A stretch of DNA of 64,000 nt from Tubiluchus corallicola. Lineage: Eukaryota; Animalia; Priapulida. Position 1 is the stretch's first letter, and each line of letters opens with the position of its first letter. The notes below the pieces were generated by a model. It worked only from the letters and a program-made list of their open reading frames with translations. It searched no databases and had not been told where the DNA came from. Made by a program: the position numbers and the translations under genes. The stretch spans positions 930,001 through 994,000 of the forward strand of contig JAQGDQ010000018.1 of assembly GCA_030141605.1 (NCBI GenBank), read 5' to 3'. This document shows, one piece after another, positions 51,101 to 64,000 of the stretch.

Positions 51101-54100
51101 CTGACTGCAAGAGTACCTGTTGAACTTATTACAGGAATCCTGGTTTATCGTGCTCATAAGTAAGTGAAAATGTAAGAGCTTTGTAAAAATAGTAAATAAC
51201 ATGTTGTTTCTGAAGTATTTGTAAAACTAAAGTTCTCTCGCCACCCTTAGGCTGAAAAAATGAATTGTAAGACTTGTTAAAAGTACATATTGCAATGGAC
51301 ATTTTTTCTCATTAAACTTTAACTTTAGACAGTAATAAACTGTCTGTGTTAATTTCCAAATTTAAAATTTCTATCGCACATGTCATTGTACATGGTTTAG
51401 TCTGGATAAATGATTTTTAAAGATGTTGATTTGTTTTTAGGGTCGTTGAAACTTGCCAAGAAGCATTTATTTTGCGATTATTTCGCGAGAAAAATAAGGT
51501 ATACATTACGATACGTACAGTATGTTATATGTTAGCTATAGATTCTAAGGGCACTTAAAGAGAAACTCCCCCTTTCAAGTTTATTCTACAAAAACAAGGC
51601 ATGTACTTTCTGTTAGTTTGCAATTTAATGTGTAAAATGCTCAAAATAACTTTAAAAAGTATTTGAGTTGCACCCCTATTGCAAACTAGTGTGACTGGAC
51701 TCCTAATGTCACATTCTTGTTGTTTCTAAACTGCTTACTGCTTAATATTCCTATCTTTTTACTGGATTAAGTAATTAAACTGATGTAAGCCATATTTTCA
51801 GAAATATCTTTGCTTTCAACTTAAGTTTGCAATGAAAACTTTCCAAGTCAGTGCAAGAATGCACTGGAGTAAAATGCACTAGACTCAACAAGCTCTAGAG
51901 GAAAATGAAAAGATTTTGCATTACAAGATTTGTTTGTCACATACAAGGAGTTGTGAAACACTCTGCAGTCAACCTGAAACTTGATATTTGTTGTTTTAAT
52001 CCTTGGTGCCCCCTAGTCTGTAGATTAAATTAGGCCTTAATTATAGCAAAAAAAGAAATACAGTCGGTGCTGTTTATTAGACTCATGATTAATAAAATCA
52101 GTCACTTAATTGACTCAAAAGTGCCTGGTATGGACTTAATACTCCTATTCAAATGTATATAAAAACTGCCAGTAATTGATTCAAGTAACCCTGCCCATTT
52201 AACTCAATACTTTCCTTCAAGTACTTAAAGTGAGAAAAGAGATACTTGTGTGTGACCAAAGAGCTTTTATTGCTTTTTATCACCTTTATGTTGTTTTTGT
52301 GCACTATAACATGTGTAGGAACTGTCATGTTTAGTACAGCTTTGTTTATAAGGAGGTATCTTTATCATTTATCATATGCACTAATATGCTAGCATAGCGG
52401 TTTTGGTTTGAATCTGTCACCCACTCGTCCGCTGCAGTTAATCTTGGTGTTTCTGATAGCTAAGCATTTAATCACTTGCCTAGCGGTTTACTTTTGAAGC
52501 ACCTTCAGCTTTTCATTGGGAAACAAGGTAATCACCAACTACAGCTCAAGAACTAAGTGACTAGGTGGTTTGCGTGAATATGCGCAGGATAAAGCAACAG
52601 ACTTTCGACATTTTTATCCTTATGAGAATTTCATAAACCAACTTCTTTGTGAAGAAATGATGCAACCAACCTTGCACAAATTTTTGTAATTCTAGTTGTG
52701 ATAATCAGATTTGTGCAATTTTGTTATTTTCCTTTTTCATTAATTCACTTGTATAAATCAGTAGTCTTAAATAATTGCACATAGGAATTTTTACATTAAT
52801 TCGGCTCTAAAATTCGTTTAAAGCCTTTGCAATGCTCAGACTCGTCTGCTCCAAAGACTCATACTTCTATAGTAGTAATACGCTACACTCGTCCATTAAT
52901 TGATTCAGTCAGTTAATTGGGTCAAAACACTTCCATCCCAAAGGGAGCCTATTCAGTGGTGCCTACTGTAACTTGATTTTAAGATCTTTTTGATAATTCA
53001 TTGCAGCAATACATGTGAGCCTAACTATTTCAAAATGCGGAAAACCTTTATAGGCATACGAAACTACTATTTTCAGCCGAATTGCAAAAATAATTATTTA
53101 TCACTGCCTCAGTAAACTCTGTTGAACAGCTTATAACATTTCATTGCAATGTGCATAGGAAATTTCTTTTGCCTAATAACAGCAACAAACTGCAGCATTT
53201 ATCATAATAGAAATCGTTTGAAGTAATTTGGGTAGTACTTGAATGTTAATGTTAAGAAACCCCTTCACTAATAACTAAGTACAAAAAAACTAATACAAAA
53301 AAATAAAGTTTAGAGAACACGTCCTTACTTGCTAATATTGGTCTCTGCCTGCACTCTGAAGACCTCTAAAATGCATGAAAGACAATTTACAGTTTACTTA
53401 CCAATATTAAATGACTTTAGGCCTAAATAATATTAAGGCCTAGTGTAATATCACTGTACTGGTCTGTAAGCCTTGCAGATGCACCAGGGACTTCTGAAAT
53501 AACCTGTATTCTAATGCATCTGAAAACCATTTATCAATTTTAACCAATTTACCACCAGAATTCAGCTTTTTTACTGCCAAGATTGGCCTGAAAAATGCTA
53601 AAATGCACCAGTTTCTGGTACTTGACCCCGGGTGGATATTACAGTGGTCCCTCAGACTCATGCTGCTGCACCTATAGGCCCTTATAATCTTAATCTGCCA
53701 CTGTCATTGATTACCACTGGTTGGGGGCCACGTGCCCTACTTTTGCACACTAGTTTAGCTACTGACAAGCCCTACTTTAAGGATATAGGTCATGTTTTCA
53801 CTCTGAGTGAGGTGATGCTAGAGCTGGACTACTCAGCTGGAAGTTTCAGACCATTTGATATTGCTTGAGTAGCTGGTTTTCTGTGACTGATGCACCATGA
53901 TAATGTACATGTAAGATTTAGTTCTCTTTGTTAACTAAACAAGTTATTACATGTATTTACAATTTTAATAATAGTTGAATGCTCAAGACTGAAGTTAAGT
54001 AGCCAAAAACGCCAAGCCTTATTAGTGAATGGATGAGTGCCTGTCATGCAACTTGTTTCTCAGCAGTTTCACCAGTTGTTTCAGTTTATCATGGTCTAAC

Positions 54101-57100
54101 TATCTGTTCCATCACCTGTGCATTAATTAGGCCCTGTTGTTGAGCACTGCAGACTATCAAACTGTATAAAAGGAATGGAATTCGAAATTCATAAGAAAGT
54201 ATTTTATACCATCTTTTATTAGATATATAATTAAATTGATTTTATATTTAATTTAAATAAAATTTCTTTTAACCAGATAAAATGTCAAAGCAAATGTCTG
54301 TCATTCAAACTAAAATGACTGTTTCCAAGTAATTATATTAAAATTAAGACATACTTTTAACACAAGTTTACAAAATTCTTTGGGTGACTGTGAATTTCAG
54401 AACATGGTTGATCTGAGGCTGTTTTTCCTGTATTTGCTGGTTTTAAGCAAAAGCTTGGTGGTGGCTGTTTCAAAGTCACTTGCAATTGATCGTGAGTGTT
54501 AATCTTCTCTTCTTTCAGACTGGCTTCATTAGAGGATTTACAGACAATCCTGAATCCTTCACTTATGGATTTTGTAAAGTAGAAAAGGTTCTTAAAACAC
54601 TGTTTGTTCCCAATTTGTTCCTGTGGCCACGTTTTCAAGTTTCCATATCCAATTTCCTTCAACAACAGAAGAATCGGGTGCGCAAGTTTTTTTATTCAAT
54701 TCACCAAATCTGTAGGATTGTCTTTTTATCTTTTTTCTTTTTGAAATTGAACTACTTGTATTTAACCTCATTTTACCAAGTCTTTATTATGATTTTTGAA
54801 TTATTATGATTTTTGGTTAATGTCTACACTAAGTCTTTATTATGTGTTTTAATTAATATCTATGTAGAAAAGTAATCCATGCTGAGCATGTTTATAAAAT
54901 AATTTGTGTTCTTTTTAAATAATTTGTATTTTTGACTTTAAAGGCATTACATTGTTTAATTCTGACTAGCCTGAAGTAATAGAGCTCCAAATTCCTATGA
55001 CGGCATCAATGCAGGCAATTCAGACATCCCTTTTGGATATTATTTCTGCATGTGTGCAAGAACTTAGAAGTACGAACTCTGAGGTACATGAAAGCTGCGG
55101 CTTCATTTCATCCTTGTGTCAAAGGCTTATAAATTAGTCAGAATTAATAAATTTCATAATTACTATTAAATTGCAAGTCAATGTCGATTTACTTGACTGT
55201 CACTTATACAGCTAATTTCATCCTGTTTTAATTTTAGTCAAATTCTTTTTTACATTTGTGGTGAAAAACATACCTATACAGACTTTAACTTTGCTCATAT
55301 ATTTTAGCTTGACATGGAAGAAGTAACAGTGGAAAATGCAATTAGCAAAGCTTTTGACAGAATTTGTCGAATGCAGCTGGATCCTATTTGGCATCAGTTG
55401 AATGAGAAAACAAAAAGACTAGTTGCTGATTTAAAAGATCTTAGAAATTTTCTTTGGAATTTAACCCACTACGACTGCGTAACATTTTTAAACACCGTCA
55501 GTGCACTTAGGCAAGTATTTTTATGTTGTGAAAATTTGGCTTTTTATTTTTGTCAAACTTTTTTAATTTTGCTTATTTTTGTCGAGTTTTGTAGGGCATA
55601 TAAAATCATACCAAATTCTTGAAGTTATTATTTTTTCATTTACAGACAAAATGAGAAGCTTTTTGGGCAAAATGCTGGTTGGCTTTTTTTAGATGCTGCC
55701 AATAATCTGTTCGTTCACTCACGAAAGCGAGTCTACGTCATTGCTGAACCTAAGAGAAAAAAACGAAAAGCAGATAGTGTGAATGTTGATACGGGTAACC
55801 AATTGGCTTGCAATAAGGCAAGCTGAGTTGTACAAATATTGCAATTTGTGACAAATAAAAATTGACATTTAGTCAGTCATGTCTGCATTTTAGGCAGTGA
55901 TACCAGTATGTAATGTTGTTAGTAGTAACTGACATTGGAAAAATGAATTAAAAAGTAAAAAACATTAGTTTTATTTACGATTTATAGGCTGCTTTGTGTT
56001 TCAGTTTGCCTGCTTAGTAAAAACAGTTTTTAATCCTGTAATGCTGGAAAATGGGGAAGTTGATTTTTGTGCCATAAATTTACACATTTTGAAATATGAT
56101 AACTACTATTTATGAGTCAACAGGTATAAGGAAATTGAATTAGAACATTGGATTTCCTGTTAATTGCTTTGCTGAGTTGTTTTTTGACTGGCAATAAGAA
56201 AGATTAGTTTCACTTAGCATTTTTCATATAAATGTCAAAGCAAACATTTGGCCAAATTTTTTTTCGTTGTTTTAATATATTTTTTTCTTTTTAGAACCAA
56301 GTGAAACCATCGTTGATTTAGAAATTCCTCCAAAATGGAAAGCACTATCAGATATCCTGGGAGAAATAGAAAAAGAAGCAGTACTGGGAGTGCTCCCAGT
56401 TACCAATGGGGCATACACGCTAATCTGTGCAGAAGACGATCATACTTGTGAACAGCTCAGAAAGGTTTGCTTTATTGATGCTTTCAGTTTATTTGAACAT
56501 CGTACTCTAGCATCATTATCTTTCAATGGATTCTACATAACTTTTGTGTGGGAAGGGCAGCTCAAGGTCACGAAAGGTAACTTACCTCTACATCATTAAA
56601 GTATTAGGCTATATAGTGCTCCTATATTAGACTACGTGCCAGTGATATTACAACTATAAATTTTCAGCTATCAGCTATTGCAGTTATTACTGGCACTAGC
56701 TATTAGTTTCCGCAGCAATTACATAAGCAGCTATTTTAGCTATTTTGCTCCAAACTAAGCTACAGTCACACACACTGAACTCAAACTCCTTGGACATTAT
56801 CTCTTGAGACTGCACATTTATTTAATTACTAAAAGTCATATTTCTGATAGGGTAACTAACCCTAATAACTTTTAGTTTTTGACAATCCTTTCACCACCTA
56901 ATAAAAGGTATTTTTTCATTCATTGCTATTTAGTGTTCAAATTTAGTTCAAATTACCCTAAATTCTAATTACAAATAAATACTTTGTTGCTGTTTACTAA
57001 AAAAATTTGTTTACATGTCATTTGTATAAACCCCAAGTGAGTTACCTTAGTGCATCCATGAAGCTTCCATCCTCTGCACCTTCACATTCCAGAATGCAGC

Positions 57101-60100
57101 TTTGTTGCAGATTTCTGATAAAAGTAAAATCACATGCATTTAGAATCTTATGAACAATGCATTTTGACTCATAACTTACTGGCAATTTAGCAGGACATCT
57201 GTAGGCCGACACCAGTGTTTTAAACTATGTAAACCTAGTTTATGAATGGAGTGGCAGTTTTGTTTACCGACCAGTTTAGTGCTGAATAGGAATGGGCATT
57301 GAATGTTCTAGCTAACCATTATTTGGAATATTTCGCATATTTTACTCATCATAACATCAAAATTACTTTTTTGTTTTGTTTTAAGACAAATATTTCAAAG
57401 TCTATAGAAATGCCTAAATTTTTGAAAAGCAGAATTTTTTTCCAAATGTTTGCCAGTCATTTAAAAATTTCTATTACTAATGGAGTTGCATTGTTATCGT
57501 TTAGCTGTTGTCTTTTTATAGTTTTTGTCCAATGGAGCAGAAGCAACGTTGTCAGATTTGTATAATAGAACCATTGCAACAAAGCAAGGAAAGACACCTC
57601 TCAATGTTCAAGATAAAGCCGTAAGTGTCTATCATCTGTAATCAGTAAAAGTCATTAAATATTTTCATTATTACGAGTTACTGGGAGCTGAATTGATTTT
57701 TTCACTTTTTTATGCAGAAGACTAATGACAAGAGTAGTTCAATCAAAGCAAAAAATAATGATAAATTGGACAATGCAACATTAACACAAATGGTGAGAGC
57801 TCATTCTGATGATAATGAGAATAGTGAGCCAACAGCCAGCACCGGTGAACAAAAGCAGGTTAGTCGCTTGACTTTCATATTCAAATAGACGCATATACCT
57901 GCTCAGTTCATGTCAGTACAGATTGCGGATACCCCGTAAGAGATTTTTATTTGTTTTTAAAGAGAATTATTGTCATGTTTGTATATTAAATTGCATGCAT
58001 ATGTTAAGCTAGGTACTTAAGTTAGTAAATAGAATAAATAGATTTTTTTTCTTGTCAACAGATACAAATGATGATTTGGTCAAATTGCATTGCAACTTCT
58101 TTTGTAATTTACATATGCCTTTTTCATGGCTATAATGTTCATAATATACATGTTTGCTCTTGTGTTTCTACTGATTTAGAACGCAAACCACGAAGAAATC
58201 GATGTATGTCCGAGCCACCTTTACAGACTTGCAGATAATGAAAAGGTTGTGCTTCATCCTCTTCATGGAAGAAATAATGCTCACTATTTGACACAAGTTC
58301 TTTATGAGTTGCAACCTCGTTACATCGTATTCTACGATGTTGATTTGCAGTTTATACGGCAAGTGGAGGTAAGAGTCTTTTCTTTATGTCTAAATTTTGT
58401 AACAGCTGCTAACCTGATTTCACTATCATGTGCGTACTTAACAAACATGATAGTTACATCTTATTTAGAGTGCATTAGCTTCACTTTATATTGAGGATGT
58501 GGTATTGATTATAATTTTTGTTAATATTGCTGTTGCAGTCGCTGTTTCTGTTATAGTTTTTTTTATTTTTAGTTGGTGATTGTGGTTATTGTTTTATTGT
58601 TTTTACTTGTTGTTGTTGTCATTCTTTTAAAGGTCATGGCCAATTTTGTTTACTTGTTACTGCTTGGCATTCAGCTTCCAGAATACTGTAAAATTTGTTT
58701 AATTTAGACCCACACAAAAGTTTTAAGAAGTGTAGTCACAATACTTCGTAAGTTATAGTAATGGAGGCAGGCAGATTTTGGTGGGTGTTCAATGACCAAG
58801 GCAGTTCAATATCAAGCTTTGTTTGAAAGTTTTGCATTTTATCTTCTCTTTTACCATGCTCATGTGGTGATGGAGATGTACACTTTTACTGCTGGTAAAT
58901 TAGAAAGTTTGAGAGAAATGCCAAAATGTGAAATGTGGTGCATAAAAGCGTAATACCATTTTACTATTACAACTTCCTCCCTTGTCTTATTGTCAAGTGT
59001 CTTTAGGACATCAGAGGGCAAGTGTTCTTTCTCTATAAACCTTTGGGTCACTGCCTATCTGGAAGTGGTACTACGGTTTTTTCCAAAATGGCAATACCAC
59101 GGGTTTAAATGCTGTTAGTGCACAAGAAATAAATTTTATGGAAAGCATGCAGCAAGCAATGGAAAACAGCTGTTGTCTGCTATTCACTTTATACTGTCAT
59201 GTACATTGCATGGCAAATTATATTATAAACAAAACTGCCAGCCTCTTGCATTGTCTACAGGCACAAAAATAGGGGATAAGGGAGTAACCAATCTTTCAAT
59301 GTATAACAGCTTTTATTTTTAGTAGGATAAAACTGTGTTGAGTTACAATATGATTAAAGAAAAATGGGCAAGATATAAACAAAAAGTATTACCAGTTTAT
59401 ATGTGATCAAGAAGCAGACTTCAACTGCAATCTTATTTTCATTTCTTTGTCTTTAGAAGCATTAATTCACATTTCATGTACCTCGAGATGAAGAGCAGTA
59501 GTGGCAAAATAGGCAAGAACTGCAAAGTTAACTTTTACTCACTAGATGTTTATGGTTTTCAAGCAATTTAGACCCGAACTTTCGTTCTGCTTTAGTTCTG
59601 TTAAACCTTCCACACATTAAAAATTCAAACATCAACTTGTACTGTCTAACTTCAACCTTCACTCCATTGCTATCAGAACTTCAGTTTTTGGTTAATTTTT
59701 GGTTAGTTAAGTCATCAAGAACGGTCAGCCAATGTCATCGTGCAATGTGTAATTAGTAAATAACAAAATCACACTTCTCTTTATTTATAAAATGGTCCCT
59801 TTAGATTTAGAATCTGCATCTAGTTTATATTCTGCTCCCATTTGTGTTTTGCTTATCTCGACACAACTTTGTTTGTTACATGTTGCATGCATCTTATCTC
59901 ACATTATTTTTGTTGTTCTTTTATTTTAACTTGTAGGTGTTTAAAGCCTCTAGACCTAATATGCTTTTGAAAGTCTATTTCATGATGTATGCTGATTCAG
60001 CTGATGAGCAGCGCCATCTAACAACAATTCGCAGGGAAAAAGAAGCATTTGAGTTTCTCATAAAAGAAAAAGCTGTGAGTATGTCATATATTAACTTATG

Positions 60101-60145
60101 CTCTAATTCTTTGGCTAAATTATGACAACAAAACGTATACACACA

Positions 60146-60189
<44 letters not shown>

Positions 60190-63100
60190 TATATAAGTTC
60201 CATTAATTACTTTTTTGAAGCGTTACGTTTTTGGAATCTTCAGTCGTACTGTGTTATTAAATACACGTTTTACTGTCAGCCAGTTTTATGTATGGAATTC
60301 TGACAAGCTTTAGCTTTAACTGACATTTACCAGTATCATTTTTGTCATATGGTTGATAAATAGATACCAAATTTTAAATTCTTAGCTTTAAAGCCTTCAC
60401 TTTGGTTGCTTCCGGTAGAATGATGTCACCTTGCTTAGAAGGAATTTTTGATTTGTACTATGAAAACTTTGAAATTGCACTATATTTATCTTAAGCTAAT
60501 TGTCTGACATTACTCTGATGCATTTCATCATGAAACGACTTTTTAACTTTCTTTGTTTATAGACAATTGTGATACCAACAGATGTTGAAGGATTATCTAA
60601 TGATAATATTCGGCTGGAACGAGGGTCCATTTCAGCTAACCAGACAACTAGCACCCGCAAGGGTGGGACGCTTTCTAAGGAACTGGCAGTACAGCAGAAG
60701 ATACTAGTTGATATGCGGGAATTCCGTAGTGAGCTGCCCTCACTTATACATAGACGTGGAGTAGAAGTTGAACCTTTAACTTTAGAGGTAGGGTTCTCCG
60801 AACCTCCTTGCTAAATGGATAAGATTTACTAATCTATCCAGTTATCATTAGCCAGTTATCAAGGTTTGTTGACGTTAATGCAAATTCAAACAGGACCATA
60901 ATAATCGAGAATAGCGAATATTAGTTTCAGTCTATCTTTAGCCATAGTTTACTTAATTTTATGGCAATCATGCCAGTCTTGCTTAAATACAATGCCAAAC
61001 TGCAACACTTAGTTTAAAATTTCAAAACTTTGGATGATTATTATCAGTCAAGAACTTAACTGACTGAGTTAACTTTCCTGAACATAGAGCTGCTACCTAA
61101 ATATTAAAAAAATTAAGATTCTATAAGTATAAGCAATTCAGGGCCCTTAAATATTTAGTGCATGTATTGCAGATTGGTGATTATATATTGACACCTGACA
61201 TCTGTGTTGAGAGAAAGAGTGTAAGTGATTTAATTGGGTCATTAAACAATGGAAGGCTGTATACGCAGTGCCTAGCTATGACACGCTACTATTCTCAACC
61301 ACTTTTGCTTATCGAGTTTGATCAAAACAAACCATTTTCTCTACAGGTAGGATTTATGATTCTGTATGTTTTCTGGTAAAATGTTGCATTTGTTACTTTT
61401 GCAACTAGTACATGACTGTAATTAGCTTTGTCTAATAGGAAGTGTTTGCTATTTCTTTCATGTGCTACAGCCTAGATGGAGCTTTTTATGCATACGGGTT
61501 ACATTATTTATTGTAATAGATGAGATGTTTTAACCTTGGAATTAATATATTTAACACTTTGTATTTAATATTAAATTATCTAATTAATTAATAATTTGAT
61601 TTACCATCTGTTTGTCGGTCCAAAGTGGCTGTGACTGATTGAGCACTATTAAAATAAGAATTCAAACTAGCTCTCTTTGTTCAGCCAGGATGATCCAGAC
61701 TGCAGAGCAAGTGTAGCTCATGTACACTAGGTCTTACGTTCATATACAGACTTGGTTACAACAGTGGTTACTACTAATCTTGTCACTATTGTAGTCTAGT
61801 GCTGAGTTGTAACTGGCTAACTAGTCTTCTACAGAACCTGGTCCATAGCATCAGCTGCCAAGAAATCTCGTGTTATGTAAATTTTATAATAGCAAATTAT
61901 AAAGACATTAATTAAACCTATAGCTTAATGAAACATTTATTTTTAGTTTCATGGCAAAACTTCCACAATGTCAGGTGAAATTCAGTCTACAGATGTGTTA
62001 TCTAAGTTGACTTTGTTAACTATACATTTTCCCAACTTACGGATTCTGTGGTGTGCTACTCCATATGCAACGGCAGAATTGTTCGAAGAAATCAAGGTTA
62101 GCCATTTTAAGTGTTATTTGTGTTATCTAATCATCATATTAAATTCATCCTAATAATTAATGTATTCATATCTAGTATGCAGCCTGAAATAGCCTCCAGA
62201 AATATAAAAGACTTAGAACAGTAAAGCAGTTGTCTTTACAATAGAATAGTGGTAGTAAATTTAATGAAATTGTAATTTCATTATCTGTACATCTTGACCT
62301 TGTGGAAAGTTTGAACAATACTGTCAAGGCAACATATAGGAATAGCAAAATGAGATAGTGATTATAGATTACATTTTTCTAGTTTATCGCTAATGTACCG
62401 CTCGTATTCACAGCTTTAGATGTTCTAGGCTGTTTCTTCTACATTTATTTGCTCTGCAGTTTTTCAAAAATTCCCGAATACTAAATTATAATAATTGCTT
62501 GTGCAAATTATGCTGCTTATGCATTATGCAAAATTATGCTGACCATGCCTTACATTGTCAGTGCAATTATCTATCTTATTTTGAATTTTTAGATAGGAAA
62601 AGACCAGCCTGACATAGCAAAGGCCAAAACTATTGTTGCAGAATCTCAGTGTTTGGGTATTGTAGAAGACAAGTACAGTCATAGACCACGAGTATGTGTA
62701 ACACTACTGTTTCCAGTTTGTTGAGATCGGATGAGTTATATCTCTTGAATTCTGATAATGCACTTACCAAAACATTTGCATTTTATAGTATTTTTTCTGA
62801 AATATTTAATACTAGTTCAATTATACATTTCTAATGAACAATATATGTACTATCTGAAAAACATCTTTCACTGATTCTGAGTAAGACAGAACAATAGTTG
62901 TTCTTTGTTCTCTTTAGATAGTACTGCAGCATACTTTTCATGATATCAAAGAATCCATCGTATTGCTTAAAATGATAGTGAAGAGAATTACATTGAAGCG
63001 TAATCAAAAATTGCTAACCCAACAACCTCTTAGTGAGAAATTATACTCACTTCAGTGGTGCAAATCAATACTGAATGATGGACCAATTAGAGGAACATCT

Positions 63101-63554
63101 CGAACTGTCAGTTTCAAGATAGATAAATTATTGCTTATGCATTGAGTATTGATAGATCTATTTCGCACATCACTGTTTTTCTTTGTGGCAGATTTTTCAA
63201 TAGTTTTATCATAGAGAAAGGCACATTATAACAATGATGTTGCTTCTACAGCACCCACGTGCTTATAACATTATTAAATTCAAGTAAGCTAGTGCAACTT
63301 TAAATAAAAATGCTGCATTTCATAATTTGTTTCAGGATCTGATTCTCAAACTTCCTGGTATAAGTTCCAAGAATTACAAAAGAATTCTCAACAATGTGGA
63401 AAACTTGGTAAAGCTCGTGGGTTTATCTGAAGAAAAGGTTTCGGATATTTTACAAAACCAAACTTTCGGTAAAATGTTGTATGAATTTTTACATAAAGAA
63501 AAGGAAGAAAATATAACAAAGAAAGGTGCATCTTACTTTAGAAAATTTAAATGA
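48188..63554 (+). CDS. ERCC4: DNA repair endonuclease XPF, 19 coding exons, about 891 aa
   Basis: Phase-consistent exons: 48188-48270, 50435-50534, 50831-50913, 51037-51159, 51441-51498, 54519-54677, 54970-55083, 55308-55510, 55646-55794, 56295-56464, 57522-57620, 57718-57858, 58180-58368, 59937-60074, 60563-60787, 61173-61346, 61947-62096, 62593-62691, 63336-63554 (2676 nt). Motifs [49 protein letters not shown], nuclease core [16 protein letters not shown]-terminal HhH LKLPGI. Confidence 0.96.
49360..50165. mobile_element. Mutator-like element, copy 2 (left end truncated), in ERCC4 intron 1
   Basis: Collinear with about 12295-13080 (ttatcaagataatc, gcattgcttaactttggtagcc, gattcacta). Ends with ctgggaaacgactctaccc. 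Confidence 0.85.
52061..52968. mobile_element. Tc1/mariner-type MITE in ERCC4 intron 5
   Basis: TA-cagtcggtgc at the left and gtgcctactg-TA at the right, with repeated taattga(c/t)tca motifs near both ends. Confidence 0.7.
60139..60189. repeat. Compound (AC)n(GCAC)n(AC)n microsatellite
   Basis: Directly visible: acacacac, then eight gcac units, then acacacacaca. Confidence 0.97.
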
Positions 63555-64000
63555 ATTGTATGTACATTAAATAAGATTAAGGTTTAATAAGGTTTTATAA
63601 GTCATGCTTCCAAAGTGTCGTCAAGGCTATTTAAAGCCATATTAATTACTAGTACTTCACTTTATGTAATTATATAGTATTGTATTGAAATTTAAAGTGC
63701 TATACCAGAATTAAGAAATTTATGTTTTGAGAAAAATCAGGACCTGTCTCTTTGTTTCTCATGACATTTCACTCATTTGAAATTGAACACTTTATGTTCC
63801 GGAGCAATTCTGCATTACACTAAGTAAAATGATAATTGCTATGTATGGGATTCATAATGGAATGAAGTCACTTAGTTAATATTTTAAAATAATGCTTGTA
63901 ATGTACATAATTATTATAATTATTCTTGTTGTAATAAACTGATTAAAACTGATAATTAAAATTAATTAAATAATGTAGGCATATGATGTCTCAATTAATT

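Noticed and set aside
53300-53870. ORFs 53440-53661 and 53632-53868 in ERCC4 intron 5
   Set aside because: No homology signal. The region looks like a decayed hAT-type repeat (ends aatctgccactg), but I could not define its left end.
59975-60190. 71-aa ORF beginning [12 protein letters not shown]
   Set aside because: Artefact of the microsatellite, antisense to an ERCC4 exon.

Overview
AT-rich animal (non-vertebrate-looking) nuclear DNA with four conserved genes that I reconstructed by eye from splice sites and reading-frame phase: CYLD deubiquitinase (+, 17 coding exons, about 862 aa), an Aurora kinase (-, 7 coding exons, about 311 aa), PAF1 (+, one coding exon, 516 aa) and ERCC4/XPF (+, 19 coding exons, about 891 aa). 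Introns and spacers hold many non-autonomous DNA transposons (Tc1/mariner-pogo, hAT, Mutator/Merlin-like, PIF/Harbinger, Helentron-associated), several of them nested. There are also two decayed LINE reverse-transcriptase fragments and a SINE-like element with a 5S rRNA-like segment. I found no clear new biological system. The best leads are the intronless PAF1 CDS, an unexplained 252-nt open exon upstream of Aurora, a decayed pogo-like transposase split by a Mutator-like insertion, a Harbinger-like element carrying a copy of nearby DNA, and two GC-AG introns with the same donor context. All alignments were done by eye and family assignments are from memory, not database searches.
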